In this document: positions 51,061-61,700 of the stretch, in pieces
How the letters are laid out: every line of letters starts with the position of its first letter
How positions within the stretch are numbered: the stretch's first letter is position 1
From: a virus
Lineage: Duplodnaviria; Caudoviricetes
Reading direction: 5' to 3' (one strand)
Length of the DNA: 64,000 nt
IMG/VR virus record: IMGVR_UViG_3300028045_000012
Coordinates: 1,558-65,557 of that record
The notes under the pieces: generated by a model
Seen by the model: the letters and a program-made list of their open reading frames with translations, nothing else
What the model was told of the DNA's origin: nothing
Databases searched by the model: none
Position numbers and translations under genes: made by a program

Positions 51061-51576
51061 TTATCTATTATCATTTATATATCCTTCATCATAATTAAAC
51101 ATATTACCATTATTATCATACTCATATTTCCTCCAATAACCATCAGAATTTTCATAATATATCACACTATCCTTATTATTATATTCCCATTTCCACCATC
51201 TACCCCTAGAATTTTCAGAATTTATTCTATTACCCCTATCATCATAATCACCTTTCTCCCAAAACCCATCAGAATCTTCATAATATATTCTATTACCCTT
51301 ATCATCATATTCAAATTTCTCCCACCAACCACTAGAATTTTCTAGATATATCAGATAACCCTTATCATCATAGAAATATTCCCCATCAATACTTACATCA
51401 TTACCCAATATCTTTTTCATTATATATTCCTGATCACCCTTTTCATATATGGTTAAACCTTCCATTGATCTTAAATAAGGTAAATGAACATGGTCAGATA
51501 TTATATCTAATCTACGATAATGTCTATCAGATTTATCTATTTCCTCTCTTAATATTTTTTTTATTAATCTCTTCAT
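51061..51576 (-). CDS. Leader-bearing 21-aa repeat protein, paralogue 4
   Basis: MKRLIKKILREE; about 5 units; ends INDNR. Confidence 0.85.
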   Translation of the reverse strand: MKRLIKKILREEIDKSDRHYRRLDIISDHVHLPYLRSMEGLTIYEKGDQEYIMKKILGNDVSIDGEYFYDDKGYLIYLENSSGWWEKFEYDDKGNRIYYEDSDGFWEKGDYDDRGNRINSENSRGRWWKWEYNNKDSVIYYENSDGYWRKYEYDNNGNMFNYDEGYINDNR

Positions 51577-51582
51577 AATTTT

Positions 51583-52062
51583 TTATCTTCTATCCCATAT
51601 ATCACCATCAGAATCTTCAGTATATATCTTATTACCCCTATCATCATATTCCCATTTCCTCCAATAACCATAAGAATTTTCATTATATATCATATTATCC
51701 TTATCATCATATTTAAATCTACCCCAAAACCCATCAGAACGTTCATAATATATCATATCACCCTTATCATCGTAGATATATACCCTGAGTCCTGTTTTGA
51801 CAATAGATATATTACCATATATTTTACTTAATATATATTCCTGTTCTTCTTCAGTTAATTCAAGAACATTAAATATATTAAAATATGGTGGACCATATTC
51901 CTTAAAATAACCAAACAACAAATCTATTAAATCATAACCCTGACCTTCAGATAGATATTTAACCATTTCAATATTTTCATCTTGTCCAGAATTAAGAAGA
52001 TTAAATAAGTTATCTTTAAATTCTTTATGTTCCCTTAGTATTCGTTTAATTAATTTTTTCAT
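51583..52062 (-). CDS. Leader-bearing 21-aa repeat protein, paralogue 5
   Basis: MKKLIKRILREH; distinct N-domain; 3 units; TATTTAT motif at 52077-52083. Confidence 0.85.
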   Translation of the reverse strand: MKKLIKRILREHKEFKDNLFNLLNSGQDENIEMVKYLSEGQGYDLIDLLFGYFKEYGPPYFNIFNVLELTEEEQEYILSKIYGNISIVKTGLRVYIYDDKGDMIYYERSDGFWGRFKYDDKDNMIYNENSYGYWRKWEYDDRGNKIYTEDSDGDIWDRR

Positions 52063-52164
52063 AATTTGTATTCAATATAAATATAATTTTTATTAATTTC
52101 AAAAGAATATCTTTTTTTTTTTAAGTTTTCCTAATAATTAAATATTTATATATAAATATATATT

Positions 52165-53319
52165 ATGGCGAATTCTATTAATGATAATTTAAAAAAAGAA
52201 TTATTTACACAAATAAAACATAGGTTAGGGGCACCAATAAGAAAAATTGAATTAGATTGGGATCAAATGAATTCTTTATTGGAAACTTCCATAGAAGATT
52301 ATGCCCAAAGAGTACAAGATTGGTTAATAGAAAATCAATGGTCTTCATTATTAGGTAATAATGCAGATAAGTTAGATATTGCGTTTGCGTTAACAACAAG
52401 ATCTTTAGATTATGAAAGTAGATTTTCTTATGCCTATTCTAAACAAGTTGGTCTACAACAAAGAGGTCCCTGGGAAATGAAAAAAGACTATATAACAGTA
52501 ATTAAAGATCAACAAGTTTATCAGATACCTTCAGGTAGAGAAATTAATGAAATTCTTTGGATTACACCAAACTCAACTGATCATGCGTTATATTCTTTTG
52601 CAGGATTTGGTGATTATGGTTTTGGTGGTGGTTTCGGACAAGTACCCTTTGGTGGTGCAGGTCAAGGTGGGGGTTTAGGTAATGGTGGATTTTATGTCGC
52701 ACCAGCCTTTGATGTTTTATTAAGGGCATCTGACTTTAGCCTTAAATCGAAATTATTAAGAAGTGAATTAACATATAAAGTTACTGCGGGACCTAATGGT
52801 ACAAGATTATTACATCTTATGCCAATACCTGGTAGTGGGTTATCATTTGCCGGTGGTGGGTTAGTAGGTGGTGCTATTGGTTTGGCAGGTACTAAAGTTT
52901 GGTACCACTATTATGATACTTCAGACATGTCAGATGATGAAAAATTAAATTGTTTAAATGAAAATAAAGATATAATTAAATTACCAAATGAAGTACCCTT
53001 AACTAAATTAAGGTATTCAGATTTAAATGAACCGACAAGAATTTGGGTTAGAAGGTATCTCACTTCACTATTTAAAGAGGCATTAGGTAGAGTAAGAGGT
53101 AAATTTAGTGGTTCGTTAAAAGTCCCAGAGGCAGAATTAACTATGGATTACGATTCTTTATTGAGTGAAGGTAAAGAAGAACAATTAAAACTTTTGGAAC
53201 AATTAGATTTAAGATTAGAAAGGTTAAGTAACCTTAAACAATTGGAAAATAAGGCATTAGAGTCTGAAAACTTAAATAAATCTTTAAGTTATAGACCCCT
53301 TGGTCTTTTTGTCATATGA
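52165..53319 (+). CDS. Neck protein (gp13-like head-tail adaptor)
   Basis: RLGAPIRKIELD..Q, QQVYQIP, WVRRY..SLFKEALGRVRGKF, EGKEE. Confidence 0.8.
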   Translation: MANSINDNLKKELFTQIKHRLGAPIRKIELDWDQMNSLLETSIEDYAQRVQDWLIENQWSSLLGNNADKLDIAFALTTRSLDYESRFSYAYSKQVGLQQRGPWEMKKDYITVIKDQQVYQIPSGREINEILWITPNSTDHALYSFAGFGDYGFGGGFGQVPFGGAGQGGGLGNGGFYVAPAFDVLLRASDFSLKSKLLRSELTYKVTAGPNGTRLLHLMPIPGSGLSFAGGGLVGGAIGLAGTKVWYHYYDTSDMSDDEKLNCLNENKDIIKLPNEVPLTKLRYSDLNEPTRIWVRRYLTSLFKEALGRVRGKFSGSLKVPEAELTMDYDSLLSEGKEEQLKLLEQLDLRLERLSNLKQLENKALESENLNKSLSYRPLGLFVI

Positions 53320-56151
53320 AAATTCATCTTGGATATTATATTCTTCAAACATATAAGTAGGTGAAACCCCAATTTTATCCCAAAATTTTAATTCTTCATC
53401 TGTGATAGTTAAAAGTTCTTCAATTTTATCTTGATCACTTTCTTTATATGGTTGTCCAGATGTTAATTGTAATTCTTGTTTGGTGAAATAATTTCTGTCT
53501 AAAGGTGTGTTAATTAATAAATCATCTCTTACTGAATAATCAAAACAAACTAATAAGGGTTTTACTCTTTTATTAAAAGCGTCTAAATATCTTGGTACAT
53601 TATATTCTATAGACATTTCTGTTTCATTTTCTAATACATCTTTAGGTATTAATTTACAATTTAACCTAATTGTTGTTGTGTATGCATCATCAGGATATTT
53701 TCCATTACCACTAAAAAATTGGTCCATTTCTTTTTTATTATATTTACATTTTGTAACCCTTTGAACATCACCATGAGATTTTTTCGTTGATGTGTTAACA
53801 TAATGTATTGTGTCTCCTAAATCTACATTTAATTTCTCTTTAATTATTAGTTCCATATGTGCCTGTCTTGCCATTGCACCACCAGACTTATTTTTAGTTT
53901 TCATCTTTTTTTTATAATCATTTACACTTATTCTTACCCTTGATTTATTTGCAATTTTAGATAATGGTATTTCTAAGTTATAAATTTTTTCTACTGTTTC
54001 GTAATATTCATTCACAAAACTATGGCCATCACCATTTAATAATAGTTTAATACCTTTATCTATAAAATCTGATATATAGGTAGGCATTTTTTTTGATTTA
54101 ATAGAATTACCCACTAATTTAACTTCACCATTAATTAAATCTGCATAATTTTTTCTTGCAATATTAATAGTTGCCTCACAAATTTCATCAATATCTAACC
54201 CCATACGACCTCTCATATATTTATCATTGTATTCTCCGACTACTGCATTCATACCAGTATAAGTTTTTCCTTTTTTATTAAATCTATGAACACCATTAGA
54301 AGTATAAATAAACTTATTAATATCTAATGGGATGGAATAATTAAAACCATCGGTATCACCTACTAGTGGTTTAAATCCCTTAGAAATAAAAAATCTAATC
54401 ATATGTCTAAGATATTGTCTACCTGTACAAGTTATTTTTTCACCTATATCAGTATCACCCCAAGGATATACATGTGGTGCAGATATAGAACCAAACATAC
54501 CATTATTTAACATTTTTAAAGGTAATTGTTTTTTATCAAAAAAAGATGACTTAATAAAATCACCTTTAAGTGCGTATTCATTTTTTAATGCCTTATAATG
54601 GTCACGTTTATCATAATTATATGTTAATAACCCTTTCATCGCACCACTTACATCACACTCAGTAAAAACATCATGTGTTAATTGTATTGATGGGTATAAC
54701 CCTGCAAAATCAAACTTTACGACACCCACACTAAACCCAACCTCTAACAACCTAGATAACCCACCAATAAACCCTCTGGTTTTTTGAGTATGTGGTATTG
54801 CGATACCTAATTTATAATACCAACCTAACATTAGTAATTTCCAGGTGGCGGCAGTACCCATAGTAGATGTTCTCATAAAAGATGTGGGTATTATTTTTGA
54901 TAAAAGATAAGTTGCCTGATTAAAAATATCATCAACTTTCTCTGTTTCCCATAAGTCATCTATGAGGTATCTTTCTACTATATCTGAACCTTTTAGTTTA
55001 ATTGTGTTTTTAGGGACCACATCATCTATAATAACACCCCACTCACCATTTTCATCGTTTAACCAATAATCATTTAATTTGTCATTATATGTTTTACCTA
55101 TTTTATCACCAGGTATGTATACACGATTAGGTTTTGCCGCATTAGAATATTGTGTAATATATTTTAACCCTGCCTTTTTTATTGAGGAATTAATTGCCTG
55201 TGCCCTTCTAACTGCATGATAAACGTCCATTATGTTATATCCAAACATATGTGTTTGTTCATACCATTCCATCTCAGGTCCCATTTTCACAGTTCTTTTT
55301 TTTCTATAAAAAGAACTCTTACCTAAGGTTAAGGCAATTTTTTTAATATCTATTTTTAATTTTTGACATCTTACTACTATAAAATTCCAATCAAAATTTT
55401 CAGAATTATAACCTGATATAATTGCAGGTTTTAAGTAATCAATAAATAGAAAAAATTTCGTTATTATATCTATTTCTAATGTTTTTAATGTTTCTTCATC
55501 TTCTTGTTCATTGTTAACAGATAATACATGTTGAAACCCTTTGTTATCTTTTATCCCAATCTGGAAAATTCTATGTCTATGTGGGTCCAAACCAGTAGTT
55601 TCTAAATCAAAAGATAGTCTATGGACATCACTATATTCTTCCATACCTTTAAAAAGTCTTTTTCCTGTTTGTATTAAAAACTGTTCTGTAGGTGAAATTG
55701 TTAAAAAGAAATTTCTAAATTCTGGTGAATTTTTATCACTAGGGTCTATTAATTTATCAGAAAATGGGTCTAAACCCCCTTTTTTAAAAAAATTAATTAA
55801 ATCACCATATGTGCCTTTACAAGTTACTAAAAATTTGTAACCATTTTCTAACCTTAAAACTTCGTTATCATTCGCATCAACTGTTGAAAGTGGTATAAAT
55901 TTAACTTTATATTCTCTCATTTTAGTCTTAACTAGTCTTGTATTTCCATTATAAAATAAAGACATAGGGGGAGATTTCATCCATAAAAAAGGTTTTAACG
56001 AATGTTTTTCAATTCTTTTACCATTTTCCTGATCATGAATTATTAAACTAATTTTATTTTCTCGATAAGAAGACTCTACACCTACAATATATTTTTGTTT
56101 ATCATAACCTTCTAAATATTCTTTTATTTCTTCTATTATTGATGTGGACAT
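53284..56151 (-). CDS. Family B DNA polymerase with 3'-5' exonuclease
   Basis: DLETTG (Exo I), YNSENFD (Exo II), YLIDD (Exo III), FDFAGLYPS, KMLNNGMFG, GDTDG, KNY. Confidence 0.95.
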   Translation of the reverse strand: MSTSIIEEIKEYLEGYDKQKYIVGVESSYRENKISLIIHDQENGKRIEKHSLKPFLWMKSPPMSLFYNGNTRLVKTKMREYKVKFIPLSTVDANDNEVLRLENGYKFLVTCKGTYGDLINFFKKGGLDPFSDKLIDPSDKNSPEFRNFFLTISPTEQFLIQTGKRLFKGMEEYSDVHRLSFDLETTGLDPHRHRIFQIGIKDNKGFQHVLSVNNEQEDEETLKTLEIDIITKFFLFIDYLKPAIISGYNSENFDWNFIVVRCQKLKIDIKKIALTLGKSSFYRKKRTVKMGPEMEWYEQTHMFGYNIMDVYHAVRRAQAINSSIKKAGLKYITQYSNAAKPNRVYIPGDKIGKTYNDKLNDYWLNDENGEWGVIIDDVVPKNTIKLKGSDIVERYLIDDLWETEKVDDIFNQATYLLSKIIPTSFMRTSTMGTAATWKLLMLGWYYKLGIAIPHTQKTRGFIGGLSRLLEVGFSVGVVKFDFAGLYPSIQLTHDVFTECDVSGAMKGLLTYNYDKRDHYKALKNEYALKGDFIKSSFFDKKQLPLKMLNNGMFGSISAPHVYPWGDTDIGEKITCTGRQYLRHMIRFFISKGFKPLVGDTDGFNYSIPLDINKFIYTSNGVHRFNKKGKTYTGMNAVVGEYNDKYMRGRMGLDIDEICEATINIARKNYADLINGEVKLVGNSIKSKKMPTYISDFIDKGIKLLLNGDGHSFVNEYYETVEKIYNLEIPLSKIANKSRVRISVNDYKKKMKTKNKSGGAMARQAHMELIIKEKLNVDLGDTIHYVNTSTKKSHGDVQRVTKCKYNKKEMDQFFSGNGKYPDDAYTTTIRLNCKLIPKDVLENETEMSIEYNVPRYLDAFNKRVKPLLVCFDYSVRDDLLINTPLDRNYFTKQELQLTSGQPYKESDQDKIEELLTITDEELKFWDKIGVSPTYMFEEYNIQDEFSYDKKTKGSIT

Positions 56152-56183
56152 AATAATAATTTAATGTGTTAAAATTGGTTATA

Positions 56184-56212
56184 ATATTAGTAATAAAATT
56201 AATGAAAATCAA
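56184..56212 (-). promoter_or_regulatory. Sigma70-type promoter for the DNA polymerase
   Basis: Minus strand TTGATT-N17-TAATAT. Confidence 0.5.
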
Positions 56213-56577
56213 TTTTCTAACACATTAATAAATAATTCATCTCTTATTGGGGCAACAAGAGTTCCTGTACCATCTAGGAAGGTTATAGTAAAATATCCAG
56301 TATATCTTCCTGATTTTTTTGTTTGTTTTTCAGTAAATTGATATACAATATAATATGTTGACACTTCACTATCTTCACAATTATTTGATGTTTGTTTTTC
56401 TATTATTGCATCTGAACATGCAATTTTTTTTATTTTTGTTTCAATATCGTACATAGAAAAAGTAATAGTGGCATTTTGTATCTTTTCGTAAAACATACGA
56501 AAATCATTTCTACCATCATTAACTAATTCCATTTTAAGTTTAGGTAATGTACTATCTTTATTTATAAAAAATTCCAT
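56209..56577 (-). CDS. BppU-like Ig-fold structural protein
   Basis: FFINKDSTLP.L, ATITFSM, YQF...T...GRY.G.F.I.F...L..P. Confidence 0.6.
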   Translation of the reverse strand: MEFFINKDSTLPKLKMELVNDGRNDFRMFYEKIQNATITFSMYDIETKIKKIACSDAIIEKQTSNNCEDSEVSTYYIVYQFTEKQTKKSGRYTGYFTITFLDGTGTLVAPIRDELFINVLEN

Positions 56578-56591
56578 ATATATAAATACTC

Positions 56592-58217
56592 TTAATAACC
56601 AAATTTTAATTTATTTTTATCAAATTCATTTCTTATTGTTGTAATATCTAAACTACAACCATATAATTTAAATGTTGATACTGAACCTTCAAAAGAACCT
56701 GCGAAATTATTTTCTATTATTAGGTTATCATCTTTTATGTCTGGTCCATTAACTGTATTACTTTCTATTAAACCTTGTGTTCCACCACCCCAACTATAAT
56801 TAAAAGGAACACCTTCTTGTTTTTCTCTATATTCATCTAATTCTTTAAATATAAACTCATCAAAATCTTCCACACTCCATTTAAGATACCCATTAATATA
56901 TATAGTTAATAGACCTTTTCTACGTGGTACACCATTTAACTCACAACCAACATATTGTTCATATGGTTTAAAACGAACACTAATATGTAACCATTTATCT
57001 GTTGTGACCAAACCACTTAAACTATATGATTCATTAATTGTAACACCTGTTATATATTTCTCTGTGACAGTTACTGCGGTAGTAGTAGTCCCAGTACAAT
57101 TGCAATCAAGTATAGTTGTTGCGGTAACCGCAGAACATACACCACTATAACCAAGACTCCTATACCCTATACTTCCATCATCTTTTATTCTAAATCCTAA
57201 TGCGTTATTAACTATATCACCATCCCTATCTTTTTGTTGTGTTATTTCAGTTGTAATCCCTGTGAAACAACAACCCCCAGGTTGATACACCAAAAATGGG
57301 TTATTATTTAAAATTTCTTTACTTTCTTTTGGTGGTGGTAATGGGTAACCTGAAGTTGTAGTGTACCCTGTTTCACCACTAAATAAGTCCCAAAATTTAT
57401 TTTCTGATCTAGTACCCATATAAAAGAAAAACCCTTTATTGTCTGGATTTATAGAATTTAAAGTGTTCCCAGTACACCCACTAGAAGATTTGTTTAACCA
57501 AAATGTTGATGTCCAACCATCTAAACAAGATACATTTAACCCTCCTAATCTTTCAGGTAAAATTTGATAATTATAAGGTATAGGTTTCCCATCATTATAA
57601 TATTCATATGATATATTAGGGTCAATACCACATGTTTGTCCTGTTGTTCCGGAAGGTGGACACAGAAACCATTCTATTGGCCACGTAAACTTATTTTCAG
57701 TAATTTCTTTAAAATAAGTTTTATCAGATAATTTAAAAAATCCTTGATAAAATCCACCACATAATTTTGCGTACCTTCCTTCTGAAGAACCACTTAATAT
57801 ATTAATTGGGTATTCATATGTACAACCACTAACCCTTGTCATTGAAAATCTTGTGTCCCCAGAAGTTAAAACTAAAGTTGATCCCGTAAATGCAGATAAA
57901 AATGTTGAACCACTTGTTGAACCAGTACAATCATATAATATTAAACCATTGTCAATACCTGTAAGACCAATATCGTTTAAAGTGATTCCACTACCATTAA
58001 TTGTTGAACCCGACCATGTAGTTAAACTATATAATGTGTCTCCAGAATAAGAATTATCATTACTAATATCTATATCAACTAAAATACAATCAGTTAATAT
58101 TTCATCATTATCTTGTTCATCAGTACAATCATAACATAAAAATAAGTCCCAATAGTCACTATTAGATAACCTTATTTTATAACAATTATCGAAATTATGT
58201 TGATATATATTACTCAT
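56592..58217 (-). CDS. Cys-rich LamG-like structural protein
   Basis: WLHISVRF, IYINGYL, SWGGG, FAGSFEGSVSTFKLYGCSL. Confidence 0.6.
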   Translation of the reverse strand: MSNIYQHNFDNCYKIRLSNSDYWDLFLCYDCTDEQDNDEILTDCILVDIDISNDNSYSGDTLYSLTTWSGSTINGSGITLNDIGLTGIDNGLILYDCTGSTSGSTFLSAFTGSTLVLTSGDTRFSMTRVSGCTYEYPINILSGSSEGRYAKLCGGFYQGFFKLSDKTYFKEITENKFTWPIEWFLCPPSGTTGQTCGIDPNISYEYYNDGKPIPYNYQILPERLGGLNVSCLDGWTSTFWLNKSSSGCTGNTLNSINPDNKGFFFYMGTRSENKFWDLFSGETGYTTTSGYPLPPPKESKEILNNNPFLVYQPGGCCFTGITTEITQQKDRDGDIVNNALGFRIKDDGSIGYRSLGYSGVCSAVTATTILDCNCTGTTTTAVTVTEKYITGVTINESYSLSGLVTTDKWLHISVRFKPYEQYVGCELNGVPRRKGLLTIYINGYLKWSVEDFDEFIFKELDEYREKQEGVPFNYSWGGGTQGLIESNTVNGPDIKDDNLIIENNFAGSFEGSVSTFKLYGCSLDITTIRNEFDKNKLKFGY

Positions 58218-58223
58218 TTATTA

Positions 58224-58772
58224 TTAATATATTATTGAAAATACATCATTAATTGCGTTTTCTAATGTTGTTGTAATTGTTATTTCATTTACACTATTTA
58301 TTGCAGATAGATACCTATTAGAATAAATTTCTTGATGTTTTGTTAATGCGGATTGTATAAAATTAGTTAATTCTGTACTATCAATAAATGTTATACTTGC
58401 ACCATCATTACCAATAAATTCAAATGGGTAATTAAAACTATCTTTAAATAATAACATACTATTATAATAAGGAAAACTTGTTCTATTAATAGGGTAACTA
58501 TTATTACTTGATATAGGATATTCAAAAACTGTAGTTAAATTTCTTTCATCTTCTTTTTGTATTAATTCTATTTTACAATTTTTTGAAATCCTTAAAATTG
58601 ATTCTTCTACATTTGTTGTTAAATCATTTTCAAATGATTCATATCTTATTTCTTTTATGTCATCTACACCAATAAAAAATTTTGTGTTTTCTATTAAATA
58701 TTTACCTAAAAAATATGTGTTTTTTTGTAAATTTAAAATCGTGATGTTATAATTTTTTGAAATATATTCCAT
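58224..58772 (-). CDS. Possible tail fibre assembly protein
   Basis: Directly downstream of the long fibre; C-terminal helical pattern typical of fibre chaperones. Confidence 0.45.
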   Translation of the reverse strand: MEYISKNYNITILNLQKNTYFLGKYLIENTKFFIGVDDIKEIRYESFENDLTTNVEESILRISKNCKIELIQKEDERNLTTVFEYPISSNNSYPINRTSFPYYNSMLLFKDSFNYPFEFIGNDGASITFIDSTELTNFIQSALTKHQEIYSNRYLSAINSVNEITITTTLENAINDVFSIIY

Positions 58773-58779
58773 ATTTTTT

Positions 58780-61700
58780 TTATCTTACTTGTGTTAATTG
58801 AACTAATACACTACCCGTAAAACTAGGGTTAGATCCACTATTTTCTATTGCCTTACCTATTGTTCCAGCAGATGCAAAATTATTCGAAGTTGCTAAACCT
58901 GTGCTATTAGTTAATGGATAAACATTATTACCTATAGTTATTGCAGGACCATAATCTACATAATACTTTCCAAAGTGTGCAACAGATATATATGTTGATG
59001 TGCCAGATATTACATCACCAAATTCAACAACAACTCCACCTGTTACATTTCTATCTGCGGTAGAACCTGGATAACTAATGATAGGGAATTCAACACTACC
59101 TATAGTTGCTGGAGAAGATGTTATAAATACTATATGTCTAACATCTACACTTTGCACTAAAGTATCTTCCACTGCTACAAACATTCCATCTGAAATCCAT
59201 AACCCATAATCGCTTTTATATGTTTCAATAGTATTAGTTCTTAAATTAAAAATTTGAAAATTATTTGTTGGTGATGGGTAGGTACTATCTCTATCTACTT
59301 CATCATTAACGATACTATAACTACTACTCCCTGTTATTATATTATTATTACTATCTAACCCTAAATTTGTGAAAGAACCATTACTATTTAATGATGTTAT
59401 GTTTAAATTTGGTACATAAGTAGTATCATTAGTTGTCGCAGTTATTCCTTGACCACCTAAAATAACACTTCTACTAACATTTGTATCTATTACATTTAAA
59501 TTTCCACCTAATATGGCAGAAGAATTACCACTATTATTAATATTATTGTCAACACCACCTAATATTGCAGAATAATCACCATAAACACCACTAGTTGTAC
59601 CAGTAATAGTAAAATGTGTAAAAGCGGTACGTCCACTTGCAATAGTACCACTTCCACCACCATGTGAATTATCACCACTTGCAATTGTACTATTATTTTG
59701 GGCATGTGATCGACTACCACTCGCAATAGTACTACTACCTTCAGCGTGTGAGAAAACACCACTTGCAACACCACTTCCTTCTGCGTGTGAAAAATCATTA
59801 CTAGCTACTGAACCTTCTCCTTCAGCGTGTGACCCTGTACCACTTGCAGTTGTACCTTGACCTTCAGCATGTGAATGATCACCACTTGCAATAGTAACAT
59901 TACCTTCAGCGTGTGATGATATACCACTTGCAAGAGTTAACCAACCTTCAGCATGTGAATACGCAGTAGATGCCGTAGTACTAAAACCCTCTGAATGTGA
60001 AATTAATCCATTAGCAATAGTTAAGACTCCTTCAGCGTGACACCCTATTCCACTTGCAATTGTTCCTGCCCCTTCAACATGACAATAAATTCCACTGGCA
60101 GTTGTTCCACTACCTTCAGCATGTGAATAATTACCACTCGCAATTGTTAACTTACCTTCCGCATGTGAACCTTCGCCACTTGAAGTTGTACTAATACCTT
60201 CAGCGTGTGAACCTTCGCTACTTGCAATAGTTAAGTGACCTTCTGCGTGTGAATAATTAGTTGCAAAGGTTCCAACCCCTTCAGCATGTGAACCATTTCC
60301 AGCAGTTGTCCCGCTACCTTCAGCATGTGAATATAGTTCAGCAATAGTTAAGACTCCTTCAGCATGTGAAAAATATCCAGCAGTTGTTCCAACACCTTCA
60401 GAATGTGAATAAATTCCAGCAGTTGTTCCACTACCTTCAGAATGTGAAGTTTCACCAGAAGATATTGTTAAATATCCTTCCGCATGTGAATTTTCACCAG
60501 AAGAAATTGTTAGATATCCTTCCGCATGTGAATTAATACCACTCGCAATTGTTAAGAATCCTTCAGCATGTGAGTTAGGGGAATTTGCAAATGTTTGTCT
60601 ACCTTCTGCATGAGAATAAACAGTACTTGCAGTTGTTAAGAATCCTTCAGCGTGACAATATGCACCATTTGCAATAGTTAACCAACCTTCAGAATGTGAA
60701 CCACCACTTGCAATTGTTCCAACACCTTCAGCATGAGCATAAGCACCAGCAGTTGTCCCACTACCTTCTACATGTGAATAATCACCACTTGCAGTTGTGT
60801 TTTTACCTTCAGAATATGAACCTTCACCACTTGCAATTGTTGTGTTACCCTTAGAATGTGAATAATCACCACTTGCAATAGTTAACCAACCTTCAGAATG
60901 TGATGCTATACCACTTGCAATAGTTAAGACTCCTTCAGCATGAGAATATGATGTAGTAGCGGATGTTTGAAAACCTTCACTATGTGAACCTTGACCACTA
61001 GATAGTGTTATATACCCTTCAGAATGCGAAATAAGTCCACTTGCAATTGTTCCAACACCTTCCGCATGAGAATAATCACCACTTGCAATAGTAACATTAC
61101 CTTCAGAATGTGACACTAAACCACTTGCAGTTGTCCCACTACCTTCAGAATGTGAATTTTCACCAGAAGATATTGTTAAATACCCTTCAGAATGTGAATT
61201 TTCACCAGAAGATATTGTTAAATACCCTTCAGCGTGTGAACTTTGACCACTTGCAATAGTTAAGTGACCTTCTGCGTGTGAATAAAATCCGCTAGATAAT
61301 GTTTCTCTACCTTCTGCGTGTGATGAAATAGAAGTTGCAGATGTTGATAAACCTTCACTATGAGATCCACCACCACTTGCAATTGTTCCACTACCTTCAG
61401 CATGTGTATAATTACCACTTGCAGTTGTACTAGTACCTTCAGAATGCGAACCTTCGCCACTTGCAGTTGTACTAATACCTTCAGCGTGTGAACTTTGACC
61501 ACTTGCAATAGTTAACTGACCTTCTGCGTGTGAAATATCACCACTTGCAGTTGTAGTAAATCCTTCAGCGTGTGATGCTAAACCACTAGCAATTGTTAAA
61601 TAATTTTGTGAAAACGCCCCTAAATTACCACTTGCAGTTGTTTGCAAACCAAATGCAGATGCGGAAGAACCAGTTGCGGAAGAACCACTATATTGTATAT

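Noticed and set aside
29976-52062. RHS/YD polymorphic toxins
   Set aside because: Proteins are under 210 aa, with no RHS core, no DPxG cleavage motif, no toxin tip or immunity gene.
53284-53319. Convergent overlap of neck and polymerase 3' ends (also 50672-50697)
   Set aside because: Short tail-to-tail overlaps are common in compact phage genomes.
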